Shown: positions 38,380-49,975, counted from the stretch's first letter. The stretch is DNA of 64,000 bases from Acidobacteriota bacterium (GCA_965205505.1 CBDBHB010000007.1:384001-448000); one strand, 5' to 3'. Made by a program: numbers and translations. Notes: generated from the sequence alone by a model not told the origin.

Positions 38380-39640
38380 TGACCTGACCCCGCGGTTAGT
38401 ACCACGTCGTATCTCAGTAACACGGTGCCGACAAGGGGTTGTTGAAGCCGGCGGAGCGTAGCGGAGCCGGGTTCAACAACAGCGCCTTAGGGGCCGGTGG
38501 TCGATAGCCCAGCGAGCTGTGCGGTCGAACTCGGTTGTACTGCTGCCGCCACCTCTCGATCAGAACCCGTGCCTGCTTGAGCGTGTAGAAGATCTCCCGG
38601 TCCAGCAGTTCGTCGCGGAGCTTGCCGTTGAAGCTCTCCACGTAACCGTTGTCCCACGGCGAGCCCGGCTCGATCAACAGCGTGCCCACGCCGAGTCGGC
38701 GCAGCCAGTCGCGAACGGCCGCGGCAGTGAACTCAGGTCCGTTATCCGACCTGATGTGATCGGGTATTGCCCCGGTGCACGAACAGCCACCCGAGCCGCT
38801 CGAGCACTTGCTCGGAGTTGAGCTTGCGCGCCACGTCGATCGCCAGGCTCTCGCGGGTGTACTCGTCCACGATCGTCAACATCCTCATGGACCGGCCATC
38901 GTGCGTCCGGTCATGGATGAAGTCATACGCCCACACGTGGTTCTTGCGCTCCGGTCGCAGCCGGATACACGAGCCATCGTTGAACCAGAGCCGGGCTCGT
39001 TTGGGCTGCCTCTTCGGCGCTTTCAGGCCTTCGCTACGCCAGATCCGCTGCACTCGTTTGTGGTTCACGAGCCCGCCCTCCATGCGCATCAACGCCGTCA
39101 CCCTCCGGTACCCATAACGTCCATACTCCCGAGCTAACTCCACGATCCTGTCCCTCACCAGTTGCTCGTCGTCCGCCGGCCTCGGCACCTATCGCGGTGT
39201 CCTCCTGGGCTGCCTGAGCACCCGGCAGGATCGTCTTTCGGTTACGCCCAGCTGCCGTCGTACGTGAGCTACCGCCTCGCGCCGACGTGCTGGGCTCAGA
39301 AGTTTCCCTCCGCGTCCTCCTGGAGGATCGCCAGGTCGAGCTCCTTGTCCGCCACCAGCTTCTTGAGCCGGGAGTTGTCCTTCTCGAGCTGTTTGAGCTT
39401 CCGCGCCTGGTTCAGCTTCAGCCCGCCGTACTCGCGCCGCCACCGGTAGTAGGTGTGCTCGGTGATCGCTAGCTTGCGACAGGCATCCTTGACCGTCGCG
39501 CCTCGCGCCAGCTCCACTTAACCCTCCCGGAGCTTGCGCACGATCTGCTCGGCGCTGTGCCTCTTGACCGGCATTCTGACCTCCCTTTCTGGTCCCAGAT
39601 CGTGTGATTACATCTGGACCCGTTTTCGGGGGTCAGGTCA
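38380..39640 (-). mobile_element. IS3 family (IS407-like) element, frameshifted/nonsense
   Basis: IRs TGACCTGACCCC at both ends; OrfA 39296-39574; OrfB VWAYDF...IEPGSPWDNGYVESFN broken. Confidence 0.9.
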
Positions 39641-40011
39641 GAGGACGCGAGTGCTGATCTCACCCAACGGATCGGGGTCTATGTGGTGGCTGTGGCACTG
39701 CCCGTCTTTTCCGACAGTCTGGACGTCATCCCAGTCGTCGGTGCATGGGTCAATTCAGTGCTTGACGGTGTTGCGACCGCCCTGCAGGGCATGGCCGTCG
39801 CGTACGTACTGATGCAGGCCAAGGCCGTCCACGGTCGCCTCCGGGGCCTCCTGCGAGCACGCACCGCGCAGTCTGCGCATAGCTGCGCATACCTGAGTAT
39901 TATTGTCCACAGGGGGGGCATCGAAAGTCAGGGCCGCCTCGCGCCCGGTACATTTGTAAACAAACGAATCTGCGCGAAATTTCCCACACGATTCCCACAG
40001 CGATCCGACAC

Positions 40012-40320
40012 GTGCCGATCGAGCCAGAAAGCCTCCGCCGCGCGCGCTGGAACCAGCGGTATCGCCGGTGGCGCGCCGGGATCCTCCGGAGCGAGCCGCT
40101 GTGCCGTCCCTGCGCCGAAGCGGGCATCACGGTCGCCGCCGAGCACATCGACCACATCGAGCCTGTGCACCTGGCGCCGGAGCGCTTCTGGGACCGCACC
40201 AACATCCAGCCATTGTGCCGAGACTGCCACGAGCGCAAGCACCGCGCGGCAAGGGTCGCGCATTTGCCCAATTTAAAATGTCCCTTAGCCCAAATAATTA
40301 CCATTCCACAACTCGTGTGA
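40012..40320 (+). CDS. Phage packaging-type HNH endonuclease, copy 2 (motifs intact)
   Basis: EPLCRPC...IDHIEP...NIQPLCRDCHERK. Confidence 0.85.
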   Translation: MPIEPESLRRARWNQRYRRWRAGILRSEPLCRPCAEAGITVAAEHIDHIEPVHLAPERFWDRTNIQPLCRDCHERKHRAARVAHLPNLKCPLAQIITIPQLV

Positions 40321-40372
40321 GACACGCTTATCCTAGTAGGCGATTAAATAGGCAACTATTCCTGTTCGCAGA

Positions 40373-40790
40373 TTGGGGACCATGCAGCCCCTTCCGCCGC
40401 TTGAATGTCTGCGCTTCTTCGAAGCCGCGGCCCGCCGCGAGAGCTTCGCCAAGGCGGCTGAGGAGCTCCACGTCACATCCTCGGCCGTTGCGCACCGCAT
40501 CAAGGACGGAAGGCCCGGCGGCCCGGTCGACCTGCATGACTGGCCCCTGCTGTATGATCTCGGACATGACTGGCCCCTGCTGTATGATCTCGGATGGGAC
40601 GCTGACTGGCCGTACTGGTTCGCGCGCCAGGGCCAGCCGTCGCCGGACCTCTCGCGGGCGTCGGGCTTCCGCCTCTACAGCATGGTGGTCGACGCCGCAT
40701 TGGAGGGCATGGGGACGGCTATCGGACGCTCGGCGGTGATCGCGCGGGAGATGGAACGGGGCGCGCACCAGCGCCCTGGAGTAGACGTAA
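40373..40790 (+). pseudogene. GcvA/LysR regulator with large internal deletion and a 30-bp tandem duplication
   Basis: LPPLECLRFFEAAAR.ESF.KAAEEL.VT.SAV fused to HDWPLLYDLG x2 (40535-40594). Confidence 0.75.
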
Positions 40791-41230
40791 TGAGTCGCCA
40801 CCTTGTGTGCAGCGCCCTCGTGGTCGCCACACTCACCCTCGCGGTGTGCAGTTCGGCCTGTGTTCAGACACAGAATGAACACAGGCCAGCCGCACAAGCC
40901 CTCGCAGACCTCCGCGCCAGCGCCGAGGCGGGCGACGCCGAGGCGGTCGCTTGGTACCGCCGCGCCGCCGAGCAGGGCCACACGCGCGCGCAGTACAACC
41001 TCGGGGGCATGTACGGCCAGGGCCTCGGCGTGCCACCGGATGCCGTCGAGGCCCACATGTGGTTGACCATCGCCGCCTCTCGGTCAACCGGCGCGGAGCG
41101 TGAGCTAATCGTGACGGCGTCGCGCCGCCGTCGCCGTGCGGATGACGCCGACAGACTTGCGCGAGGCGGAACGCCGCGCGCAGGCGTGGCACGCGGCGCA
41201 CCAGGGCATGAGGAACCGTACCGCGCCGCC
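40790..41230 (+). pseudogene. Sel1-repeat protein, degraded
   Basis: AVAWYRRAAEQGH..AQYNLG.MY.QG.GVP.D.VEA.MW; frameshift to MTP....EAERRA. Confidence 0.7.
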
Positions 41231-41362
41231 GAGCGACACGGGACGCGAGAGCTTGATTATCGCTCTCGCTTCTGAAATGGGCGGGGGACGACGTTCTTCG
41301 GCCAGCCGCACAGCTGCGGAGGCACGAAGTAGGGCAGCCTGCCTACAGGGAGAATTGTTGCG

Positions 41363-44182
41363 ATGACAGAGAGGCACGCGTATATGGACAGTACAGCATG
41401 GCATTCGCCGAGGCGGCTTCTTGTGACGGCGGCAGTGCTAGTCGTCCTGACACCGGCATCAGGCGCCGCGAGCATGCAGGCCCCTGAGCTGTCGGGCACA
41501 GTCACCGACACGACGGGCCGCGCGCTGCTCGGCGTCGCCGTGGAGGCGCGACCCGCGGGGGTTGCTGGTCCGGTTCAAGCCGCCTCAACCGACAGTACTG
41601 GCATGTTCACGCTGAGTGAACTTGAGCCTGGTGCCTACGACGTGACGTTCACGCGGCCCGGGTTCCGGGAGGTCATGCGTGCCGGGGTGGAGGTCGGGGC
41701 TGGTGCCGCGACCATTCTCGATGTCCAAATGGCGGTCGAGATTGAGGAGTACGTCGTGGTCGTGGGGAGCCGCGCTCAGCCGCGGTCGGTAACTGAATCG
41801 TCGGTCCCGATTGACGTCATCCCGTCCCAAGATATCGTCAACCAGGGCTCGACGACGCTCGATTATCAGCTGCGGACGCTGGTTCCTTCGTTCAACGTCG
41901 CCACGCACCCGATCAGCGACGCAGCAACGCTCGTAAGGCCGGTTAGTCTGCGCAATCTCGCGCACGACCATACGCTGGTGCTAGTCAACGGCAAGCGTCG
42001 TCACCGCTCGTCGGTTATCGCCTGGTTTGCTGGTGTGACGGATGGGTCGCAGGGGCCGGACATCTCGACGTTTCCGTCGATCGCCCTGCGGCAGGTGGAG
42101 GTGCTGCGCGACGGCGCGACGGCGCAGTACGGCTCGGACGCTATCGCGGGCGTGGTGAACTTCCTGCTCAAGGATGCCCGGGGGGCGGGCAGCCTCGCGT
42201 TGCACACTGGCACCTATCGGGCGGGCGACGGCGATGCGTACAGCATCGCGGGCAACGTTGGGCGGCCGCTTGGCGACACGGGATTCGTCAACCTCAGCTT
42301 CGAGTACGGTAACGCCGACCCGACGAACCGCAGCGTACAGCGCGCCGACGCGGCGGCGCTGGTTGCGGCCGGCAACACGGCCGTCGCTGAGCCCGCCCAG
42401 ATCTGGGGCAACCCGACGGTCGAGGACGACCTGAAGTTGTTCGGCAACTTCGGCCACCCGTTCTCCAACGGGTTGACGTTCTACGGCCACGCCAACTACG
42501 CCCGGAAGAAGGTGACGGAAGGATTCTATTTCCGGAATCCCAACAACCGGGTCAACGTCTATAGCCTCGACGACGGCGAGACGCTGCTGATTGGCGACGT
42601 ACTGGACGCGCAGGACGGCATCATCGACGGATCCGCAAACTGTCCCACGGTGCGCATTACTGACAACGTGCCGGATCCGGTGGCCTTGGCACAGGTGTTC
42701 GCCGATCCGCAGTGCTTCTCGTTCCAGGAGATCGCCCCAGGGGGCTTCACACCGCAGTTCGGCGGAGTAGTGCACGACATGTCGGTGGTGGCCGGCCTGC
42801 GGCGGACCGCGGAGAGCGGCCTGACCTGGGATGCCAGCGCCAGCTACGGCGTGCACGAGTCGGATTTCTTCTTCCGGAACACTGTGAACGCTTCACTCGG
42901 CCCGGACACACCACGCGAGTTTGATCCCGGTCTTTATCGGCAGGAGGACACAAATCTCAATTTTGATGTTTCCTATCCTGTCACGGAGCGGGTCAACATC
43001 GCGGCCGGCGCGGAGTGGCGCAACGAGCGCTTCACGATCGGCGCTGGCGGCCGTCCGTCGTGGGAGGTCGGACCGTACGCGGCGCAAGGCTTCGTCTCTG
43101 GCTCGAACGGTTTTCCTGGCTTTCCCGACTACACGGCCGGGGCTTGGCGTCGCAGCAACTTCGCGGTTTACGGTGACCTCGAAGTGCGGGGTGAGCGGTG
43201 GACGGTCGGCGGCGCCCTCCGATTCGAGCACTTCGACATCTTCGGCGCTACGACGAACGGCAAGTTGTCGGCCCGCTATGGGCTGAGCGACGCGGTTTCA
43301 ATTCGCGGCGGCATCAGCACCGGGTTCCGTGCGCCGACGCCCGGCCAGCAGAACACGCTTAACGTGCAGACGACCATCGATCCGGAAACGCTGCAGCTGG
43401 TCGACAGCGCCAACGTGCCATCCACGTTCCGGGCAGCGCAGCTGCGGGGCGGCCAGCCACTCGAACCAGAGACCTCACTGAACCTGACCGCCGGGCTGGC
43501 AGTCGACACTGGCCCGTTCACGCTGACTGTCGATTACTTCCGCGTGACCGTCGACAACCGCCTGGCCTTGTCGCAGACGTTCACCCTTGCCGACGATGAG
43601 CGCGCGATCCTTCTGGAGGAAGGGATCGCGTCGGCGGGCACCTTGAAGTTCTTCCGGTTCTTCATCAACGACTTCTCGAGCCAGACGCAGGGAGTGGACC
43701 TCGTGTCGACCTACACACCCCGCGCGTTCCGCGGCAACACGGTGTTCAGCGTCGCGCTGAACTATACACACACGGCACTGACGGAAGAGGCGGACTTGCT
43801 CACCCCCGGTGACGTGCTCGGCCTAGAACGCGGGGTGCCGAAGCTCCGCTGGAACGTTGCTGTCAAACAGCGGGTGGGGAAGGTGGGTCTGATGGGCCGC
43901 CTGCAATACTATGGCGCCTGGGTCGATCACTTCGACGCGCGGTTCGTGCGCGGCGCCGACGCGCCGATTTTGGACGGTCGCTACATTTTCGATCTCGAGG
44001 CGAGCATGCCGATCACCCGCGGCGTGACGTTGGCCATCGGTGGCCAGAACGTCTTCGATACCTTCTCGCAGCGGATGGACCTGTTCGCCGATATTTTCGG
44101 CCTGCCGTATAGCCAGTTCACACCGTGGGGCTTGAGTGGCGGATACTACTATGGCCGCCTCAACTACAGCTGGGGTGGCTAA
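41363..44182 (+). CDS. TonB-dependent receptor with N-terminal carboxypeptidase-regulatory-like domain
   Basis: VVVGSR, LVLVNGKR, EVLRDGA.AQYGSDAIAGVVN, TGFRAP, L.PETS. Confidence 0.93.
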   Translation: MTERHAYMDSTAWHSPRRLLVTAAVLVVLTPASGAASMQAPELSGTVTDTTGRALLGVAVEARPAGVAGPVQAASTDSTGMFTLSELEPGAYDVTFTRPGFREVMRAGVEVGAGAATILDVQMAVEIEEYVVVVGSRAQPRSVTESSVPIDVIPSQDIVNQGSTTLDYQLRTLVPSFNVATHPISDAATLVRPVSLRNLAHDHTLVLVNGKRRHRSSVIAWFAGVTDGSQGPDISTFPSIALRQVEVLRDGATAQYGSDAIAGVVNFLLKDARGAGSLALHTGTYRAGDGDAYSIAGNVGRPLGDTGFVNLSFEYGNADPTNRSVQRADAAALVAAGNTAVAEPAQIWGNPTVEDDLKLFGNFGHPFSNGLTFYGHANYARKKVTEGFYFRNPNNRVNVYSLDDGETLLIGDVLDAQDGIIDGSANCPTVRITDNVPDPVALAQVFADPQCFSFQEIAPGGFTPQFGGVVHDMSVVAGLRRTAESGLTWDASASYGVHESDFFFRNTVNASLGPDTPREFDPGLYRQEDTNLNFDVSYPVTERVNIAAGAEWRNERFTIGAGGRPSWEVGPYAAQGFVSGSNGFPGFPDYTAGAWRRSNFAVYGDLEVRGERWTVGGALRFEHFDIFGATTNGKLSARYGLSDAVSIRGGISTGFRAPTPGQQNTLNVQTTIDPETLQLVDSANVPSTFRAAQLRGGQPLEPETSLNLTAGLAVDTGPFTLTVDYFRVTVDNRLALSQTFTLADDERAILLEEGIASAGTLKFFRFFINDFSSQTQGVDLVSTYTPRAFRGNTVFSVALNYTHTALTEEADLLTPGDVLGLERGVPKLRWNVAVKQRVGKVGLMGRLQYYGAWVDHFDARFVRGADAPILDGRYIFDLEASMPITRGVTLAIGGQNVFDTFSQRMDLFADIFGLPYSQFTPWGLSGGYYYGRLNYSWGG

Positions 44183-44624
44183 GCTGCTTCCGGACAGGTT
44201 TGGAGGGCCAGACCTATCCTCCGGTCGGCCGCGGCACGCGGTCAGAACCCGCCTCGTCGACGTGGAGCAAGGGGAGTTGCCGAGTCCGAGTCAATCACCG
44301 TACACATGCTGTGCCGATTTAAAGAGCGTGCCCGTCAAGGCGAAGGTGCGGCAGTGAAATCGCGATTCCGCGTCCCGATCGCGGCGCGGACGGGTTGCCA
44401 TGTAAAGCGAATGGTGCGACGTGCCGGAAGGCATGCTATGTGCACGTCGGAACCGTGGGATAGTCGGGACACTAAAAAACGGGGAAAGTCGGGGACGCCG
44501 CGGCCACCTCACTAAAAAATCTGCTCAGCAAAGCAAATAAGCCTACATTGAGGCGCGAATTCAGCGGATTCTGTGCGCTCAGGACCGTGCCCCATGCTCT
44601 CAGGTGCACGAGGAGGATTGGAGG

Positions 44625-46715
44625 ATGAGGATCTTGTCGCCCCTGCGTCCGCTGATGGCGCCGTTGTTGTCCGCGGCTTTATTGGCGCCGCTTCTCAGCA
44701 CGACGGCGCGCGCGGCACCGATACGAGATCCGGCCCAGCAGGAGCAGGAAGAGCAGCAGCAGGAGCAGCAGACGACCAACATCCAAGAGGTCGTCGTTGT
44801 AACGGCGTCGCGCACCGAGGAGCTGTTGCTGGAGGCACCGACTGCGATCACCGTTATCGCCGCCGACGACATCGCGCTGAGCGCGGCGCAGAACTACGCT
44901 GACCTGATGCGCGGTGTGCCTGGACTGAACGTCATCCAGACGAGCGCTCGGGATGTCAGCATGTCGTCGCGCTCGTCCACCAACACACTGGATGCATCCC
45001 AGTTGGTGCTCATCGACGGGCGGACCGTGTACCTGGACTTCTTCGGGTTCGTCGCCTGGGACCTGTTGCCGCTGGATTTCTCCGAGATCGAGCAGATCGA
45101 GGTGATTCGCGGTCCGGGATCGGCGGTCTGGGGAGCCAACGCTCTTAGCGGCGTAGTGAACATCATCACCAAGTCCCCGAGGCAGTACGGCAACGCATTC
45201 CGGGTGCGCATGGGTGGCGGTGAGCGCGGCACTGGATTCGCCTCGATCACCTATTCGGGCATACGCGGCAAAACATCATTTCGGGTGACCGGGGCCTATT
45301 CAACTCAGGATCCGTGGGACCGACCGGGTCCGTTGCCCAACGGCATCTCGCGGGATACGTTTTCGAATCAGGGCTCCCGACAACCGAAGTTCGACTCCCG
45401 TGTCGATGTTGACACGGGAGTCGACTCGTACTTGTCGCTTTCCGCCGGTGTCGCCGGCACGGGCGGCACGATCCACTCCGGCATTGGCCCATTTTCGATC
45501 TTCGACGGCATGACCTTCTCGTACGCGCGTGCCGATTACAACTGGCGGCTGTGGAACTTTCGGGCCTACGCTAACTTCGTCGACGGCGACTCCCTCAACA
45601 TACTGAACGGACTGCCGTTCAATTTCAGGACCCAGACCTACGATTTCTCGGTTACGAACACGTCGCTCCTCGGGGATCATGCAGTCACCTACGGTGGAAA
45701 CTATCGCAAGCTGAGTTTCGACCTGTCGATTGCCCCGGGGGAGGACAACCGTACCGAGGGAGGGAGCTTCGCCACCTTCGATCTCGATATCAATGACTAC
45801 GTGACGATCAACGCCGGAGTTCGAGTCGACTACTTTGATGTCATCGACGGCGCGGTGACCTCGCCGCGCGGGGCGATTCTGTTTCACCCGGCCGGATCAT
45901 CAAACCACGTGATCCGCGCCGGCTTCGGTCGTGCCTTCCGCGTTCCCTCGCTGGTCAATAGCTACCTCGAGGTGGAGATCTTCAACGCCGTCAACGTGGG
46001 CCCACCGATCGGGCAGATCGTCTTTCCGACCACTGTCGTGGGGAATCCCGAACTGGTCGAGGAGCGGCTGGATCAGTTCGAGATCGGCTACCGCGGCTCG
46101 GTGGCGAACGGCAAATTGTCCTGGGACATCGCTGCCTACCGCACCGAGACCAAGGACAGCATCGACTTCTACACCAGCGAGACGTATACGGCCTTCAACC
46201 CACCTCCAGACTGGTCGCTGCCGACGTTCCTGTTGCCGCCCTTCGGTCCCGTGGCGCTGCCGGCGCTGTTCACCTACCGCAACATCGGCGAGATCGTCAA
46301 CAAGGGCTTCGAGGTCAGCTTACGATACCTTCCGATGGCGCGCAATACGGTGATGGCCAACTACTCGTATCAGGCCGAGCGCGAGGTCAAGGGCATCCCT
46401 GAGCAGGACATCGGGATCTCGCCAGAGCACCGCTTCAACGTCTCGTACAACGGCTGGAGCGGCAATCTGTACTACGGCGCTTCCGTCAATCACGTCGGCG
46501 AGGCTTACTGGACGGATGTCCTAGACTCCCGCTTCTGGGGCACCACCGAGGCCTACACGACGCTCGACACGACGCTCGGCTACATGTTCCTCGACGGCAC
46601 GGCAGAGGCTTCAGTGCGCGCTACGAACCTCACCGATGTCGGCGTGCTGCAGCACATCTATGGCGACATCATTGGTCGGCGCGTGGTGTTTGAGCTGTCG
46701 GTCAGCATCAGATAG
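44625..46715 (+). CDS. TonB-dependent receptor
   Basis: VVVTASR, LVLIDGR, IEVIRGPGSAVWGANA.SGVVN, RAFR.PS. Confidence 0.93.
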   Translation: MRILSPLRPLMAPLLSAALLAPLLSTTARAAPIRDPAQQEQEEQQQEQQTTNIQEVVVVTASRTEELLLEAPTAITVIAADDIALSAAQNYADLMRGVPGLNVIQTSARDVSMSSRSSTNTLDASQLVLIDGRTVYLDFFGFVAWDLLPLDFSEIEQIEVIRGPGSAVWGANALSGVVNIITKSPRQYGNAFRVRMGGGERGTGFASITYSGIRGKTSFRVTGAYSTQDPWDRPGPLPNGISRDTFSNQGSRQPKFDSRVDVDTGVDSYLSLSAGVAGTGGTIHSGIGPFSIFDGMTFSYARADYNWRLWNFRAYANFVDGDSLNILNGLPFNFRTQTYDFSVTNTSLLGDHAVTYGGNYRKLSFDLSIAPGEDNRTEGGSFATFDLDINDYVTINAGVRVDYFDVIDGAVTSPRGAILFHPAGSSNHVIRAGFGRAFRVPSLVNSYLEVEIFNAVNVGPPIGQIVFPTTVVGNPELVEERLDQFEIGYRGSVANGKLSWDIAAYRTETKDSIDFYTSETYTAFNPPPDWSLPTFLLPPFGPVALPALFTYRNIGEIVNKGFEVSLRYLPMARNTVMANYSYQAEREVKGIPEQDIGISPEHRFNVSYNGWSGNLYYGASVNHVGEAYWTDVLDSRFWGTTEAYTTLDTTLGYMFLDGTAEASVRATNLTDVGVLQHIYGDIIGRRVVFELSVSIR

Positions 46716-46910
46716 TGACGGCATGGTCCGACTCACCAGTCGGGCTCGGGGATCACCTCGCCCGCTACCGATCTGGACGATCGGTGGTACGGGATTGGCC
46801 TGTCATGCTAGCGATGCTACACTCGGCGCCGCACCACAGAAATGGGCGAGGCTAGGGTTCCTCGTGGCGTAGGACTGAGAACCCCGCCGCTGAACCAGGA
46901 GTGAACGTTT

Positions 46911-47909
46911 ATGCGCAAGGCAAGTGTTGTGTTCACCGTAGCCGTTCCGACGATCGCCGTAGCCGCGCTTGTGATCGCGGGGCTCGACGTTCGCCCGTTG
47001 AGGGCAGGTGACCACTTCGACTCGCCCAGCGTCCTCAAGGACGGCCGCACTGACATCGGCGATGTCTACATCTTCCCGGCCCAGAAGAAGAAGAGAGAAA
47101 CGACGCTGATCATGACCGTGGCCCCGCTCGCGGGCCTATTGAGCCCGGCGGAGTTCAACGACGAGGCCCACTACATCTTCAACTTCGACAACGACGGAGA
47201 CTTCAAGGTCGACCGCCAGTGGGCGGTGGCCTTCGATGGTGACAACATGCAGGTCAGCCTCGATGGCGTAGAGATGGGCTCAGGCTCATATGGGCGGCGG
47301 CCAATCCGGCTCGACGGTGGCGGTCGGGCGAATGCAGGGATGTTCGACGATCCCTTCTACTTTGATCTGCTGGCGGCGCAGAACGGGCTGGCGTTCTGTC
47401 CGGGGGGTATGGGTTTCGATTTCTTCTCCAACGCCAACGTGATGGCGATCATCCTTGACATACCGAACGGCAGCGTCGGGCTAGATGTGCTGCCCGGGGT
47501 GAACTTCTGGGGCTCAGTGCAGATAGGTAACAAGCAGATCGACCGCATGGGCCGTCCGTTCATCAACCTGTTTTTGGTGGGGCCATTGAAAAAGAACCAG
47601 AACGCCTTCAACAAGAACAAGAGGCCCCACAACGACCCCAAGAGGTTCGGCACGGTGGTCAACAACAACGTGATGGCGCTCGGCGCCGACGAAGCGACCG
47701 CCGCGGTGCTGGTGGCCGCGCTGCTGCCCGACGTGATGCAGTACAGCCGGCAGGCAGAGAGTATGTTCCCGAACGGCCGCGGGCTCGCTGACGACGTTGC
47801 CAACATCACCCTGGCGTTGTTGACCAGCAACCCGGCAGCGACCGACTGCGTCGACGGCAACGACGGGGAGTTCTCCAAGAAGTTCCCGTACCTCGCCGCC
47901 GCCCACTGA
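46911..47909 (+). CDS. DUF4331-domain secreted protein
   Basis: DHFDSP, DIGDVY.F, DDPFYFD, QIDRMGRP, FPNGR.LADD, FPYLA. Confidence 0.85.
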   Translation: MRKASVVFTVAVPTIAVAALVIAGLDVRPLRAGDHFDSPSVLKDGRTDIGDVYIFPAQKKKRETTLIMTVAPLAGLLSPAEFNDEAHYIFNFDNDGDFKVDRQWAVAFDGDNMQVSLDGVEMGSGSYGRRPIRLDGGGRANAGMFDDPFYFDLLAAQNGLAFCPGGMGFDFFSNANVMAIILDIPNGSVGLDVLPGVNFWGSVQIGNKQIDRMGRPFINLFLVGPLKKNQNAFNKNKRPHNDPKRFGTVVNNNVMALGADEATAAVLVAALLPDVMQYSRQAESMFPNGRGLADDVANITLALLTSNPAATDCVDGNDGEFSKKFPYLAAAH

Positions 47910-47946
47910 CCGGGCGAGATGAAAGCCGACGATCGACGCATCCGGA

Positions 47947-48385
47947 TCAGGCAGCCAACCCGCACAGGTGCGGATTAGCTGCATGCGTGTCAGGGAAGCG
48001 TAGCTGGTCCCGGACTTCGTCGGGAGCGGAAACGATGTGATTGTCCACTAGCTGTGGAGCCCGCGTCCTGGCGCCGACTGCCCCGCTACGGGTGAGCCGC
48101 AGCACTCGAAGAGACTCGACCTTGCGCGCTTTGCTCTTCGGTGTGCTGGTTCGTCTGCCTTCCACAACAGCTCGCGCGGCTGCCTCCGCCTCGGAGGTAT
48201 CGCTCTTGCCCCTGCTGCGACAGAGCAGAGCGATCAGGCCGGGCGACCTCGAAGACTTCGATCCCTACCTCTGACAGATGCCGAGTCACGCCAGCACCAT
48301 AGCTGCCAGTTCCCTCGACACCGACCTGGCATACATCGCCAAAGCCGCGCATCCAGCGTAGTAGCGCACGATTGCCGCATCGAGG
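47947..48385 (-). pseudogene. IS110-family transposase fragment
   Basis: VGVEGTGSYGAG..R.L...V.EV.RPDR; frameshift to SD..AEAAARA...PKS. Confidence 0.8.
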
Positions 48386-48962
48386 ACCGGGAGACGGGCG
48401 CCATGATAGCGAGCCATCGGCTCGGACCCCCGTCGAGCGCACGGCCTGGCGCCGGTCCTGGTGATCGCTGACGAGCCGCCACAGTGGCGTCAACGCGGCT
48501 AGCGCATGCACGCCGCGCTGGTCACCGCGCTCGGCAAGCATGCCGTGAGCAAGTTCATGGCGATCGGTACCTGCCCCGACGACTCGCACCACTGATTCTC
48601 GCGCATACTGCGCGGCGGGTGCGGGATCTACAACCAGATGCACGCCGCGGCCGACGGGAGCTCGGACTATCACCCAGAGGTCGATACGGAAGGCGAACCC
48701 GGCGCTGAGGCGCAGCCGACGCTGGCCAAGGTCATTGAACGCGAGAAAAACCTCGCGCGAATCGGTGGTCCGGACCTCGACTGCTGGCGGACGTACCGGC
48801 TCAACCGCGGCACTCCGGTGCTCGGCGATCGCGAGAAGATCGTGAGCCTCGACGACTGGAACGCATGCGTGTACGAGCGTCGAGATCTCCCGAAAAGACC
48901 GGGCCTGTGGCCATCGGGTTCGACCTGGGCGGGTCCGTGAGCATGAGTTTCTTCGCGGCGTA
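48379..48962 (+). pseudogene. Terminase large subunit (cos-type) internal fragment
   Basis: GSDPRRAHGLAPVLVIADEP (Walker B), IGT, YRLN, WNAC, then IGFDLGGSVSM (nuclease Asp); stops and frameshifts. Confidence 0.6.
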
Positions 48963-49352
48963 CCTGCATGACTGGCCCCTGCTGTATGATCTCGGATGGG
49001 ACATCGACTGGCCGTACTGGTCACGACACCGGCATGAGTCAGCACTCGCTCGCCGCCAAGTAGCGTGCCCTAAGCTGCGGTGAGCTCTCCGTCGGGCCTG
49101 TACCACCGGGCCCACCACCACCACCGGACGCGCGAGCTCGTGCGCTCTCGTGCGTTTCGTCGCTCTCGGGCCCATGCTCACGCGGCACACCACTCGATCG
49201 CGATAAATACCACGGGCTCAACATCTTACGGGGGGGGCATCAAGTGAATGACCGCGCTCAGGTGTAGACCGCGCCAGCCGTCGCGTTTGTAAGCAAAACG
49301 ATTTGGCAGGCATAAAATGTCTACTCAAATGAGAATCCAACGCGAATCTCCG

Positions 49353-49433
49353 ATGGACCCCGAAGTCATCCGGCGCATGCGCTCGACGAAGCGCTACCAG
49401 CGGTGGCGTGCCGACATCCTCCGGAACGAGCCC
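49353..49433 (+). pseudogene. Packaging-type HNH, copy 3 (N-terminal 27 codons only)
   Basis: MDPEVIRRMRSTKRYQRWRADILRNEP, homologous to copies 1 and 2. Confidence 0.7.
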
Positions 49434-49975
49434 GGGCACCGAAAGCCGAGATGTTGAGGTGATCGAGGAACGTGAAGTTGACGTCGGCGCCGATCACCGT
49501 GTTCGTGGCGCCGTCCGGTCCCTCGACGTTGGTCACCAGCGCGCCGACAGACGATCGCTCGAGGACATCCTGTCGCCAGCGCAGGGCCGTGTAGTTGCGC
49601 CCCTCGCCGAGATCGGAGTCGCCCGTCTGCACGTTCAGCAACCCGATGTTGCCGCTGCCCACCTTGCCGGTCATCTTGACGCCGAAGTCGATCGGTAGTG
49701 GCTCGCCGAACTCCGACAGCCCGATGTTGCGCGAGTGGAACAATTGAAGCACCGGCCCATCGAAGCCGCCGGACTGCTGCCCGAAGCTGAAGTTGTTGGC
49801 CCCCTCCAGGAAGAAGTCGCGTTTCTCGGGGAAAAACAGGTCGAAGCGTGTCAGGTTGACGCGTTGCTCGTCGAGCTCGACCTGGGCGAAGTCGGTGTTG
49901 TAGGTCAAATCGGCGGTCAGGTTCGAGGTGAGCTGGATCTTGAGATCGTCGATGCCGAGCTGCTCGTCGATGCCG
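49434..49975 (-). pseudogene. DUF5916 outer-membrane protein internal fragment
   Basis: TYNTDFAQVE.D...NLTRFDLFFPEKRDFFLEG, FHSR.IG. Confidence 0.8.

Noticed and set aside
44183-44624. Cobalamin or other riboswitch upstream of the second TonB receptor
   Set aside because: No recognisable B12-box or other conserved core by eye; an Rfam scan would be needed
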